Of a stretch of 64,000 nt of DNA, positions 18,443 through 28,443 are shown in pieces. Position numbers and translations under genes: made by a program. Below the pieces are notes generated by a model. That model saw only the letters and a program-made list of their open reading frames with translations. It was not told where the DNA came from and searched no databases. Source of the DNA: an uncultured Acidimicrobiaceae bacterium (lineage in GTDB: Bacteria; Actinomycetota; Acidimicrobiia; Acidimicrobiales; MedAcidi-G1); contig CAWVUB010000001.1 in the NCBI GenBank assembly GCA_963933065.1, positions 1,508-65,507 of the forward strand, in the 5' to 3' direction. How positions within the stretch are numbered: position 1 is the stretch's first letter; every line of letters starts with the position of its first letter.

Positions 18443-18885
18443 CTGAGCTTTCTGGACAGGGCATCGAGTTGGTCATTCCTCCAACTCCCGAATTTCTGCA
18501 ACTGGCGCGGGCCATAGTGGGTGTTGCTGCTGGGTTAGGAGGGGGGGCATCATCGTCACTTGACCCCGGCCGGATCGCCGATCTCCGTCTAGTGGTATCT
18601 GAAGCGGTTACCAATGCCATTGAGGCTCAAGGGGAGATCGGTGTATCTGACCGGATCCTCGTTTGCTGCCGTGTTGCGGATGACCATGTTGTAGTGGAAG
18701 TAGTCGATCATGGCCCAGGGTTTGATCCAGATTCTGTGCCTGACCTCCCTGATGTGGAGACACCAGAGCGCTTGTGTCATGAGTCCGGCCTCGGTGTTGC
18801 GCTAATGCGGCGTTTGTCCGATGAAGCAGTGGTGGAGAGTGGTCCTGGCGGCACGACAGTCCGCTTGACGATTCGGCCCTCCTGA
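18439..18885 (+). CDS. Anti-sigma factor / serine kinase (RsbW-like, HATPase_c)
   Basis: 148 aa, overlapping the STAS gene by 4 nt. EAVTNAIEA (N-box), VDHGPGF (G1) and GLGVALMRRL (G2). Confidence 0.7.
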   Translation: MTELSGQGIELVIPPTPEFLQLARAIVGVAAGLGGGASSSLDPGRIADLRLVVSEAVTNAIEAQGEIGVSDRILVCCRVADDHVVVEVVDHGPGFDPDSVPDLPDVETPERLCHESGLGVALMRRLSDEAVVESGPGGTTVRLTIRPS

Positions 18886-19034
18886 CCATTCTCGTCACAC
18901 CCGATACTTAAGGTCGTTACTCACCATCCATAGTGATCTCGTGAGGCGACGGTTACCGTTCGGTCGGCAAAACATCCGGCAGCGGCCATCATGACCATGT
19001 AGACGACGACCCCGAGGGAGTACTGAGAGCGACG

Positions 19035-20372
19035 ATGGCCGGCCAGGAACCTGCATCGAAAAGCACCTGGTTAGGTAGCGACAGACCGCTGGCGCGCACT
19101 ATTGGGCGACCTGTCAGGCGGTTTCTGGGTATCGAAGCAGCTGGTGGAATCCTGCTCATGGTGGCCACGGTGGTAGCTCTCGTCTGGGCAAACTCGCCTT
19201 GGGCGGGTGGTTATGAGGACCTCTGGCGCACCGAGTTTCATCTGGGTGTTGGTGAGTTTCGACTGGAACATCACGGGCATCCGCTGACATTGGTCCAGTT
19301 GGTGAACGATGCCCTGATGGCGATCTTCTTTTTCGTGGTGGGCCTAGAAATTAAACGCGAACTGGTTGATGGTCACCTCCGTAATCGGCGAGCCGCCCTC
19401 CTCCCAGCCGCCGCTGCACTCGGTGGCATGGTTGTCCCGGCGCTCGTCTTCTTCGCATTCAATCCGGCGGGTGATGCATCAGCTGGATGGGGTATACCTA
19501 TGGCTACCGACATTGCTTTCGCCGTGGGTGTCCTGTCCTTACTAGGCGACCGGATATCGACGCCTCTCAAGGTCTTTCTCCTGTCGCTGGCCATCGTTGA
19601 TGACATCGGCGCAATCGTTGTGATTGCCGTCTTTTACACCAACGACTTAGCTAGTGAGTGGCTGGTGCTGGCTGGGGTTGCCACCTTCGCTGTGGTTGTT
19701 TTAAGTCATTTCAAGGTCTGGTACACGCCGTTATACATACTGCTCGGGTCGATTCTCTGGTACGCCATGTTCCGTTCCGGCGTGCACGCCACTATCGCTG
19801 GAGTAATTATGGGTTTGTTGGCCCCAGCGGGTGCCCTCCTAAAACCCGGTGAGGTGGCACCCATTGACGTCAGGTCTCTCGATGCGGACGGCCTTCGGTC
19901 GGCAAGGTTCCGGATGAACGAGTCAGTGTCGGTGGCGGCTCGTCTTCAGAACCAACTACACCCGATTACTGGGTTCGTAATTATCCCAGTTTTCGCATTA
20001 GCCAATGCAGGCATCTCGCTCAGTGGAGATTCGTTGCGCGATGCGCTGGGTTCCCCAGTGACCATCGGTGTGGCCCTCGGCTTGGTGGTCGGCAAGGTGG
20101 TGGGAGTCACTCTGTTCAGTCTTGGGGCGGTACGCCTGGGTATTTCAGCACTTCCGTCAGGCGCCACTGCCCGGCATATCGTTGGGGTGGCAGCCATTTC
20201 TGGTATTGGTTTCACCGTGTCGCTTTTCGTGACCGGGCTGGCTTTCGACAACCTCATCCTGCAAGACGAGGCAAAAGTAGGCATCCTCGTTGGCTCGATC
20301 ACCGCTGCCCTACTGGGTGTGTTGATCTTGCGAGGGACCCGCCCAGCTGACAATGGAGAACAATATGGGTGA
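19035..20372 (+). CDS. nhaA: Na+/H+ antiporter NhaA
   Basis: 445 aa, polytopic. LSLAIVDDIGAIVVIAVFYT and PVFALANAG are NhaA motifs. Confidence 0.9.
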   Translation: MAGQEPASKSTWLGSDRPLARTIGRPVRRFLGIEAAGGILLMVATVVALVWANSPWAGGYEDLWRTEFHLGVGEFRLEHHGHPLTLVQLVNDALMAIFFFVVGLEIKRELVDGHLRNRRAALLPAAAALGGMVVPALVFFAFNPAGDASAGWGIPMATDIAFAVGVLSLLGDRISTPLKVFLLSLAIVDDIGAIVVIAVFYTNDLASEWLVLAGVATFAVVVLSHFKVWYTPLYILLGSILWYAMFRSGVHATIAGVIMGLLAPAGALLKPGEVAPIDVRSLDADGLRSARFRMNESVSVAARLQNQLHPITGFVIIPVFALANAGISLSGDSLRDALGSPVTIGVALGLVVGKVVGVTLFSLGAVRLGISALPSGATARHIVGVAAISGIGFTVSLFVTGLAFDNLILQDEAKVGILVGSITAALLGVLILRGTRPADNGEQYG

Positions 20373-23300
20373 CGCACTGGTCATTGTTGAGTCCCCGGCA
20401 AAGGCCAAGACAATTGCCGGGTACTTAGGTGAAGGCTTCGTTGTGGAGTCGTCAATCGGTCACATCCGCGATCTGGCTAAAGCCTCTGAACTGCCTGAGG
20501 AATTCAGGAAAGAATCCTGGGCGTCCATGGGGGTAAACGTCAATGACAATTTCGAAGGTTTCTACGTTGTGCCTTCTGACAAGAAGAAGCAGGTGGCACA
20601 TCTCAAGCGTCTGATGAAAGACGCCGATGCGCTTTATCTGGCGACAGATGAGGATCGTGAGGGCGAGGCCATTGCATGGCACCTGCTGGAGGTTCTTAAA
20701 CCCAAGGTCCCAGTTCACCGAATGGTATTTCACGAGATCACCAAGGGGGCCATAACCGAGGCGTTGGAAAATACCCGAGACATAGACCATGACTTGGTGT
20801 CGGCTCAGAGGGCTCGCCGAAAACTCGACAAGCTTTACGGTTTCGATATCTCGCCCGTGCTTTGGAAAATGATAGGCCGTGGCCTTTCAGCTGGTCGAGT
20901 CCAGAGTGTGGCCACTCGGATGATCGTGGAACGAGAACGTGAGCGAATGGCCTTCACGTCAGCCGACTACTGGAATCTGACGTGTGTGATGGTTACCGGA
21001 TCAGGAGCTGGCTTCACGGCTCGACTTTTGGAGTTGGATGGTCGTCGTGTGGCACTGGGGCGTGACTTCGGTGATGACGGACAGCTAACACGGGCCGATG
21101 TCCTAGTGCTGGACGAGGTGTCGGCGAGCGCAGTCCGAGACAATCTCAAGGGACGGCCGGCAATCGTGGAGTCTGTCGAGCCCAAGCCGTTTCGTCGCCG
21201 ACCGCCGGCTCCGTTTACCACGTCGACCTTTCAGCAGGCAGCAGGCAGCCGCCTAAAGCTCTCAGCCTCACGGGCCATGCACGCCGCCCAGGGCCTATAC
21301 CAGAAGGGCTACATCACCTACATGCGTACCGACAGCACGACGCTGTCAGACACCGCTGTCCGGGCTGCCCGACAGGCAGCCACCGAACGCTTCGGTGGCG
21401 ACCACGTTCCTGACGCCCCACGTGCTTACACCAACAAGGTCCGCAACGCCCAGGAGGCCCATGAGGCCATCCGCCCAGCTGGCGATCGCTTCCGCCACCC
21501 CGACACTGTGCGAGGCGAACTCCCGAAATCTGAGGCTGATGTCTACGAGATGGTCTGGTGTCGAACTGTTGCTTCCCAGATGACCGATGCCGTTGGTGAG
21601 ACGGTTCGGTTCCGAATGGGAGCCAGCTTGCCCTCATCTGCGGTCGCGGTTCATGCCACGTTTGTAGCCAGTGGCACCGTCATCCACCATGAGGGATTTC
21701 GACGGGTCTACCAAGAGACCCAAGAAGATCCACCCCGTCGAGGCCCTGAGACAAAGAACTCTGAGGAAGATGATGCTGCCGAGTTGACGCTCCCCGCAGT
21801 CACAGTGGACGAGTCGGTAGACGTGACATCAGCCACCGCTGAGGGCCACGAAACTACGCCGCCTGCGCGGTACAGCGAGGCATCTTTGGTAAAGGGTATG
21901 GAGCAGCATGGTGTGGGGCGGCCCTCCACCTACGCCTCGATCATGGAGACCATCCAAAAGAACTACGTGTTCAAGAAGGGCACGGCGCTGGTGCCCACGT
22001 TGAGTGCCTTCGCCGTTACCAATCTGCTGGAGCGACACTTCCCCCGGTTGGTCGATTTTGATTTCACGGCAGCCCTAGAAGACGAACTTGACGCTATTGC
22101 TAACGGTGAACTGGATTTCGGCGATTTACTGAATGCCTTCTATTTCGGATCAGACAAGGACGAGGGTCTGCATAAAAAGGTCACCACCCGTCTGGGAGAC
22201 ATCGATCCCCGAGGTGTCAGCACAATCGAACTAGGGGTGACGTCGGACGGTGAGCCAGTGGTAGCTCGCTTCGGCAAGTTTGGGCCATATGTAGCGGTGG
22301 ATGATGAGACGGCCTCGATTCCTGATGATGTTCCGCCTGACGAGCTGACGGTGACTCGCGCACTCGAGTTTTTGAACGCACCTGCCGATCGTGAACTCGG
22401 CACCGATCCGGAGACCGGGCTCGTGGTGGTAGCCCGATCCGGGCGGTTTGGTGCCTATGTTTCGCTCGGTCGACCGCCGGATCGCCCCACTCCATCTTCA
22501 CCAGAAGGTCAACTTATGGCCTTACCGGGCAACAAAAAGGAACTGCGTATTGCTCTTGGCTACCTACGGCTAGCCGCCGGACGTCTGGACATGTCTGTCG
22601 CTCGACAGGTGTTGAACGTACCGAAACGCGGTGTCAGCTCAGCAGCCATAAAGAAGGTGGCTGAGGCAGTCGACGCTGGCCAGTCGATAATTGATGTCCT
22701 GCACGACCCGGAGTCTCTTGGCATTTCAGCTAAGGCCTGTACTGGTATTGCTGCTTTCTTGGCCTTAGGTGAGGAGTTGGCGGTGTTGCATTCAGAAGGC
22801 CCACGGGCCATGGTCGGAGGAGCAATCGAACTTTCGGGCTACGGCGCAGAAATCCGGTCCGCCGATGATGGGGGTGCCGCCCGACTAGAGAATCTGGAAA
22901 AGTTAGCTGACGCCGCTGGCAGATTTGAGAGTTTGGAGTCGTTGCTCGACGAGATGGATCGACAGTCCGAAGCCGATGACCGTCCGAGGCCCAAGACAGC
23001 ATCCCTCTTCCAGACGATGACAGTGGACCGGGTCACTTTTGAGGAGGCTCTCGAACTATTGAGTCTGCCTCGGATTGTTGGTGCCGACCCGGTCGACGGG
23101 GTGGAAGTCACCGTGCATAACGGGCCGTACGGTCCGTATCTCAAGAAGGAGTCTGATAGCCGCAATATCGAAACTGAAGAGAAGCTGCTCACTATCACGC
23201 TCGAAGAGTGCCTTGCGCTGTTGGCCCAACCTAAGCGTCGTGGTCGTACCGCTCCGAAACCACCGTTGCGTGAACTTGGTGTGGATCCGGAGAGCGGTAA

Positions 23301-23463
23301 GACAATGGTACTTAAGGACGGAAACTGGGGTCCGTACATAACCGACGGTGAGTACAACGCGTCGTTGAAGCGGGGTGACGCCGTCGAGGAACTTACCGAT
23401 GAGCGGGCTGCCGAACTTTTGGCTGAACGCCGTATGAAGGGTCCCGCTAAGAAGAAGCGTTGA
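20365..23463 (+). CDS. topA: DNA topoisomerase I (type IA) with an unusual internal insert
   Basis: TOPRIM (LVIVESPAKAKTI, ATDEDREGEAI), active-site region (GYITYMRTDS) and four C-terminal repeats (GKFGPYV, GRFGAYV, GPYGPYL, GNWGPYI) plus a basic tail. ATG 20365 is preferred as the start (GGAGAA RBS); the ORF opens at 20353. Confidence 0.9.
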   Translation: MGDALVIVESPAKAKTIAGYLGEGFVVESSIGHIRDLAKASELPEEFRKESWASMGVNVNDNFEGFYVVPSDKKKQVAHLKRLMKDADALYLATDEDREGEAIAWHLLEVLKPKVPVHRMVFHEITKGAITEALENTRDIDHDLVSAQRARRKLDKLYGFDISPVLWKMIGRGLSAGRVQSVATRMIVERERERMAFTSADYWNLTCVMVTGSGAGFTARLLELDGRRVALGRDFGDDGQLTRADVLVLDEVSASAVRDNLKGRPAIVESVEPKPFRRRPPAPFTTSTFQQAAGSRLKLSASRAMHAAQGLYQKGYITYMRTDSTTLSDTAVRAARQAATERFGGDHVPDAPRAYTNKVRNAQEAHEAIRPAGDRFRHPDTVRGELPKSEADVYEMVWCRTVASQMTDAVGETVRFRMGASLPSSAVAVHATFVASGTVIHHEGFRRVYQETQEDPPRRGPETKNSEEDDAAELTLPAVTVDESVDVTSATAEGHETTPPARYSEASLVKGMEQHGVGRPSTYASIMETIQKNYVFKKGTALVPTLSAFAVTNLLERHFPRLVDFDFTAALEDELDAIANGELDFGDLLNAFYFGSDKDEGLHKKVTTRLGDIDPRGVSTIELGVTSDGEPVVARFGKFGPYVAVDDETASIPDDVPPDELTVTRALEFLNAPADRELGTDPETGLVVVARSGRFGAYVSLGRPPDRPTPSSPEGQLMALPGNKKELRIALGYLRLAAGRLDMSVARQVLNVPKRGVSSAAIKKVAEAVDAGQSIIDVLHDPESLGISAKACTGIAAFLALGEELAVLHSEGPRAMVGGAIELSGYGAEIRSADDGGAARLENLEKLADAAGRFESLESLLDEMDRQSEADDRPRPKTASLFQTMTVDRVTFEEALELLSLPRIVGADPVDGVEVTVHNGPYGPYLKKESDSRNIETEEKLLTITLEECLALLAQPKRRGRTAPKPPLRELGVDPESGKTMVLKDGNWGPYITDGEYNASLKRGDAVEELTDERAAELLAERRMKGPAKKKR

Positions 23464-23516
23464 GAGGATATTCGGCCCCGCCCGAGCTGCTGGTTTCTCT
23501 CCCGTAGAGTGAAAGG

Positions 23517-24947
23517 GTGATCGGAGCGACGGGACCGGACCCGGGCGGCCCACGTCCTGGGGATGAATTCACCCCGTTCTTGCCGCTGGAGGGGCGGCCA
23601 CCGCTGCGGGTCCGCCTATTTGGCACTCCGGCCTTCTTTCGTTTGTGGATGGCCCAAGTCGTTTCTGCTACAGGTGACTGGCTTGGGCTGCTGGCCATCT
23701 CGATCTTGGCCATAAGAGTTGGTTCGGGCAATGAGGGGGCGGCACTGAGTCTTGTGCTGGCGGCTCGTATCGTGCCAGGTTTCTTTTTTGGCCCGATAGC
23801 CGGTGTGCTTGTTGACCGTTGGGATCGAAAGCGCACCATGGTCACCTGTGACGTAGGTCGTGCTGCGGTGATGTTGGCCCTCCCATTCGTAGACACGTTG
23901 ATCGGCCTGTTCGCAGCGTCGCTCCTGCTCGAAGCCTTCACGATGCTCTGGGGGCCAGCCAAGGAGGCCTCGGTCCCCCACGTGGTTCCCGCCGATCAAC
24001 TAGCGAGCGCCAACTCTCTGTCGCTGGTTGCTGCCTACGGGACCTTCCCCATCGGGGCTGGGCTCATGGCCCTTTTTGGACGCCTATCTACGGCCCTGTT
24101 TGACTCTGCATGGGCCGAAAACGTTCGATTAGACGATATGGGTTTGGCCTTTTATGCCAACGCTCTGTCGTTCATGGTCACTGGCTGGTTGATCTTGACC
24201 CTGGATCTACCCAAACGTCCACGGGACCACAAGAAGGTAACTAAGGGCAGTCGGACTGGCCTTGCCCACCCGATTGCCGAGTTTCGTGAAGGCTGGCGCT
24301 TTGCCTTCGTGAACCCGGTCGTGCGCACTGTGAACATGGGTTTAGCGACCGGCTTGATGGGTGGGGGAATGCTGGTGCCCTTGGGGGCCATCTACGCCGA
24401 TGAGGTTTTAGGAGCTGGGAAATCTGGTCTAGGAGTGTTAATCACAGCGTTGGGCTTAGGAGTTGCCGCGGGGGTAGGAATCGTGTCCCTGTTGCAGCGT
24501 CGGCTGGATAAGGCACGGGCGTTCACCATGGCACTGGTAGGGGCAGGTCTGTTTCTGGCTCTGGCAGCATCAATTAGCCAAGTCCACGCGTCGACGGCCA
24601 TGGTGTTCGGGATTGGGATCTGCGCTGGGGCTGTCTACGTTCTCGGCTTCACCCTCTTGCATGAGAACGTGGACGATGAGATGCGAGGCCGGGTCTTTTC
24701 GACTTTCTACCTACTGGTCCGGGGTTGCGTTCTGCTGGCCTTGGTGGTGGGACCATTGATGGAAGACCTATTAGATCGACTATCCAGTCTCCTGTGGGAT
24801 CGTCGTCTGGATTTGTTTGGAGTAGGCATCGATGTGCCGGGGGTTCGCCTGACGCTCTGGTTGGCGTCGCTTATAATCCTTGCGTCGGGCGCGGTTGCTG
24901 TCCGTTCTCTTAAGGCCGGGATCCGCACCGGGGAGCAATCTTCATGA
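23517..24947 (+). CDS. MFS transporter
   Basis: 476 aa with about 12 hydrophobic helices and a VDRWDRKR loop between TM2 and TM3. The start is uncertain. Confidence 0.7.
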   Translation: MIGATGPDPGGPRPGDEFTPFLPLEGRPPLRVRLFGTPAFFRLWMAQVVSATGDWLGLLAISILAIRVGSGNEGAALSLVLAARIVPGFFFGPIAGVLVDRWDRKRTMVTCDVGRAAVMLALPFVDTLIGLFAASLLLEAFTMLWGPAKEASVPHVVPADQLASANSLSLVAAYGTFPIGAGLMALFGRLSTALFDSAWAENVRLDDMGLAFYANALSFMVTGWLILTLDLPKRPRDHKKVTKGSRTGLAHPIAEFREGWRFAFVNPVVRTVNMGLATGLMGGGMLVPLGAIYADEVLGAGKSGLGVLITALGLGVAAGVGIVSLLQRRLDKARAFTMALVGAGLFLALAASISQVHASTAMVFGIGICAGAVYVLGFTLLHENVDDEMRGRVFSTFYLLVRGCVLLALVVGPLMEDLLDRLSSLLWDRRLDLFGVGIDVPGVRLTLWLASLIILASGAVAVRSLKAGIRTGEQSS

Positions 24948-25570
24948 ATGGTCGATTTATCGCGGTGGAGGGCGCTGACGGGACCGGCAAGAGTACTCAG
25001 GCTCGTCTACTGGCAGAACGAATCGGTGCGCTGCTTACCAGAGAGCCTGGGGGGACACCGCTAGGTGAGCGCATACGCGATCTTTTACTGGACCCGGAAG
25101 GCGACACCCCAGTTGATCGAGCCGAGGCGTTACTCATGGCGGCCGCCCGAGCGCAGCATGTCGACGCAGTGATAGCCCCAGCGCTTGCCACCGGCCGAGA
25201 CGTGGTATCAGATCGTTACGTGGCGTCGTCCATCGCCTATCAGGGCTATGGCCGCGGTCTGGGCGATAGGCCGGTCTACGAGGTGAACCAGTTTGCCACC
25301 GGAGGGTTAACTCCTGACCTGGTGGTCCTCATCGAGATCGAGGCCTCGGTGGCCACGAGTCGGCTAGGTCACGACCTAGCCGGTTCCCTAGATCGAATCG
25401 AGCGGGCCGGAGATGATCTTCAGTTGGTGGTAGTGGAGGCCTACCAATTAATGGCAGCCTCTGATCCTGAACGCTGGGTGGTCGTCGACGGCGCTGGAAC
25501 CATCGACCAGGTGGCGGCTCGAGTTGCCGAGGCGGTGGATATCCGAATAGGCCTTCGGTCGGAGACATGA
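24944..25570 (+). CDS. tmk: dTMP (thymidylate) kinase
   Basis: FIAVEGADGTGKSTQ P-loop, the DRY motif (SDRYVASSIAYQG) and 208 aa. Confidence 0.9.
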   Translation: MNGRFIAVEGADGTGKSTQARLLAERIGALLTREPGGTPLGERIRDLLLDPEGDTPVDRAEALLMAAARAQHVDAVIAPALATGRDVVSDRYVASSIAYQGYGRGLGDRPVYEVNQFATGGLTPDLVVLIEIEASVATSRLGHDLAGSLDRIERAGDDLQLVVVEAYQLMAASDPERWVVVDGAGTIDQVAARVAEAVDIRIGLRSET

Positions 25571-26685
25571 GTAAGTCGATTGATGCGTTCGATGGTGCAA
25601 TCCCATTGGACGACGAAGCTCTGTGGGCAACTGTTGTCGGTCAGGCGGAAGCTGTGGCGCTCCTCAGGCGAGCCGCCTTTGAACCTGTCCACGCGTATCT
25701 TTTAGTCGGACCCCAAGGTGCTGGACGGACCGAGGCGGCACGTGCCTTTGCCGGCTCACTGTTTGCTGAGTTAGAGGGCAGTGTTGGTGAATTGAGCGAT
25801 AGGCACCGTGGCTTGGCCGCAGCAGGTCGCCATCCTGATCTGATTCTTGTGGAGCCAGAGGGACGGGCCCTGCTGGTCGCCGATGCCCAACGGATCATCG
25901 TGGAGGGTTGGCGATCACCGATAGAGGCTGATCGCAAGGTCATTATGGTCGACCGGTTTGATACCGCTGAGCCGTCCGCTGCTGCCAGTCTGCTCAAGAC
26001 AATCGAGGAGCCACCAACCTCTACGGTATTCGTTCTCCTTGCTGAGGAAGTACTAGATGAGCACGTCACTGTCGCTTCGCGTTGCGTGCGGATAGAACTG
26101 CCGCCGGTTCCGGCCCCGTTGATAGCTGAGGCACTGGTGGCTGACGGGATCCCCCGTGAGAAGGCGCTCGAGTTGGGTGAGGCTTCGGCGGGCAGTGTGG
26201 CACGCGCTCGATTACTGGCCACTGATCCAGCGTTCTTGGGCCGCCGGGACGCCTGGGACTCGGTGCCAGATCGTCTAGATGGATCGGGCGCTGCCGTCGC
26301 CGTTGTAGTCGAGGAGTTGAAGAGCCTGATCGACAATGCACAGGCGCCGTTGGCTATTCGACACCGAGATGAGCTTGAGACCCTGACTCAACGTGAGGAA
26401 GCCTTCGGTAGTCGGGGATCGGGTCGCCGCGAGATGGTCGATCGTCAGAAACGGGAGATCCGACGACACCGAGATGACGAACTCCGATTCGGCCTAGCGA
26501 CCTTAAGCAGAGCTTATCTAGCGTTATCGATTCTGGATAGTTCGACTCCGTCCGAGGCGCTACTGGCGGCCGTCGACCGCATTACAGCGGCTGGTGGGGA
26601 TCTGTTACGTAACCCCAATGAGACGCTGCTGCTGCAGGCTCTTCTACTGGATCTGCCAACGTTGCAGTCTGTTGGCGTGGTTTAG
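25567..26685 (+). CDS. holB: DNA polymerase III delta-prime subunit
   Basis: AYLLVGPQGAGRT and LLKTIEEPP motifs. Overlaps tmk by 4 nt, matching the conserved tmk-holB order. Confidence 0.8.
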   Translation: MSKSIDAFDGAIPLDDEALWATVVGQAEAVALLRRAAFEPVHAYLLVGPQGAGRTEAARAFAGSLFAELEGSVGELSDRHRGLAAAGRHPDLILVEPEGRALLVADAQRIIVEGWRSPIEADRKVIMVDRFDTAEPSAAASLLKTIEEPPTSTVFVLLAEEVLDEHVTVASRCVRIELPPVPAPLIAEALVADGIPREKALELGEASAGSVARARLLATDPAFLGRRDAWDSVPDRLDGSGAAVAVVVEELKSLIDNAQAPLAIRHRDELETLTQREEAFGSRGSGRREMVDRQKREIRRHRDDELRFGLATLSRAYLALSILDSSTPSEALLAAVDRITAAGGDLLRNPNETLLLQALLLDLPTLQSVGVV

Positions 26686-26687
26686 TC

Positions 26688-27473
26688 GTGGGATCTTTCG
26701 ACCCGTCGCCAATAGACGGGTTAAGGCATCCGATGAATACTCTGGAATATCGTCGGTGGTGCCGGGAGGAGCTGGAGGCAAAAGGCACTCTCGTATTAAG
26801 AGATTTTCTCACCGTCGACGCTATCGCTCAGGTAGTGGGTGACTTGGCGCCGCGTGAAGGCGAGGCCTACTACGCCATGTCATCCCACAATGTGTATCTG
26901 ACGCCCCCCGATTCAGACCTACCTCCTGATCACCCGTTCAACCGGCAGGTCATCTCCAGCAAGGGCTTGATCGCAGACGACCAGATTCCGCCTAATTCAC
27001 CCCTGCGAACGGTCTACGAGAATCCGTCCTTTCGGGACTTCCTGTGCGCGGTGCTCGGTATTGACCGTATCTACTCTTACGCCGATGATCTTTCGTCGAT
27101 CAACGTCCACTTCGCATCAACTGGCCGTGAGTTGGGATGGCACTTCGACAATTCGTCGTTTGCCGTCACGATGATGCTCCAAACACCCGAAGGTGGTGGT
27201 GTCTTTGAATATGCGGCCAACCTACGGAACGCTGATGCCGGGGAGATGGCATTTGGCATGGTTGAAGCAGTGCTTGACGGCGATCACCCTGTTGAGACAC
27301 TGGTTTTCTCGCCAGGTGACCTTGTTTTGTTCCGAGGTCGTAATGCCATGCACCGGGTTACCCCCACAAAGGGTTCGGTGCCCCGGCTACTAGCGGCATT
27401 CGCCTTCAACGATCGTCCTGGCGTGGCGCTTTCAGAGTCGGCCTTGTGGACCTTCTACGGCCGAACCTCCTAA
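26688..27473 (+). CDS. Fe(II)/2-oxoglutarate-dependent oxygenase family protein
   Basis: 261 aa. The WHFDNS (HxD) ... NAMHRV (distal His, Arg) arrangement is typical of the fold. The substrate is unknown. Confidence 0.55.
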   Translation: MGSFDPSPIDGLRHPMNTLEYRRWCREELEAKGTLVLRDFLTVDAIAQVVGDLAPREGEAYYAMSSHNVYLTPPDSDLPPDHPFNRQVISSKGLIADDQIPPNSPLRTVYENPSFRDFLCAVLGIDRIYSYADDLSSINVHFASTGRELGWHFDNSSFAVTMMLQTPEGGGVFEYAANLRNADAGEMAFGMVEAVLDGDHPVETLVFSPGDLVLFRGRNAMHRVTPTKGSVPRLLAAFAFNDRPGVALSESALWTFYGRTS

Positions 27474-27513
27474 GCAGCATTTTTTAAAATGTCCTAGATT
27501 CAACCGCCGTTAC

Positions 27514-28302
27514 CTATTCAGGGGTGACGTAGGCGGCTGTTAATCCACCGTCGACAGCAAAGTCGGTACCGGTCACGTACGACGACTCGTCTGACGCCAG
27601 GAATAGGGCAGCCGAAGCAATTTCGACTGCCTCGCCGAAACGACCCATGGGCACATGGACTAGGCGACGGTGCTGTTTGGCCTCCGTGTCCAGATACGAC
27701 ATCAGCAGTTCGGTACGCAATGGTCCGGGACACAGGGCGTTGATCCGGATGTGCTCCCGGGCGTGCAGGACCGCTAGTTCGCGAGTCATGGCCAGTACCC
27801 CACCTTTAGAGGCTGTGTAGGCCAGTTGTGGGGTGGCCGATCCTTTGAGGGCTACGAAACTGGCGGTATTGATAACTGATCCACCGCCCGCCCGTCGAAG
27901 TGCTGGGATGCCATGGCGACACCCGAACCAGACGCCTTTGAGGTTGATATCCATAGTGAGATCCCAGACTGCCTCCTCGGTCGATTGGGCGTCACCGTCT
28001 TCGGCCAGCATGATTCCAGCGTTGTTGAACACCACATTGAGGTATCCGAAGGCCTCCTCGGCGTCACCAATGGCTTCGGCCACTGAAGCTTCGACAGCCA
28101 CGTCGGCGGTTAGTCCCACAGAGCGTCCCCCCGCAGCGGTAATTTCTGCAACTACGTCGGTCACTCCGTCCCCATCTCGGTCAACCACTGCGACCTCTGC
28201 TCCCTGTTCTGCAAACAGCAGGGCAGTCTCGCGACCGATGCCAGCTGCTGCGCCAGTGATGAATGCCGCTTTGCCGGCCAGACGACCCGTGGTGGTTTTC
28301 AT
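27514..28302 (-). CDS. SDR-family oxidoreductase
   Basis: Start moved to ATG 28302 (MKTTTGRLAGKAAFITGAAAGIGR). TGxxxGIG, NNAG and YTASK motifs. Confidence 0.85.
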   Translation of the reverse strand: MKTTTGRLAGKAAFITGAAAGIGRETALLFAEQGAEVAVVDRDGDGVTDVVAEITAAGGRSVGLTADVAVEASVAEAIGDAEEAFGYLNVVFNNAGIMLAEDGDAQSTEEAVWDLTMDINLKGVWFGCRHGIPALRRAGGGSVINTASFVALKGSATPQLAYTASKGGVLAMTRELAVLHAREHIRINALCPGPLRTELLMSYLDTEAKQHRRLVHVPMGRFGEAVEIASAALFLASDESSYVTGTDFAVDGGLTAAYVTPE

Positions 28303-28443
28303 GGGTTGAGCATCGCACACCTGCGTAGGGTGCTTGCAGAGTAGACCTCTTAACCGATCTGGCTGCAACGTCAAAGGTCTTTCAGTTGGATTTCATGACA
28401 CCTGGTTCCGGTTGAGCGCCTTGGCAACTGGCGAGGAGAGAAG

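Noticed and set aside
18541-18547. G7 homopolymer inside the RsbW-like gene, considered as a possible slipped-strand phase-variation tract. Similar G6/G7 runs occur in sucC at about 30885-30907.
   Set aside because: These runs encode conserved Gly-rich motifs, are short for contingency loci, and occur in housekeeping genes of a GC-rich genome.
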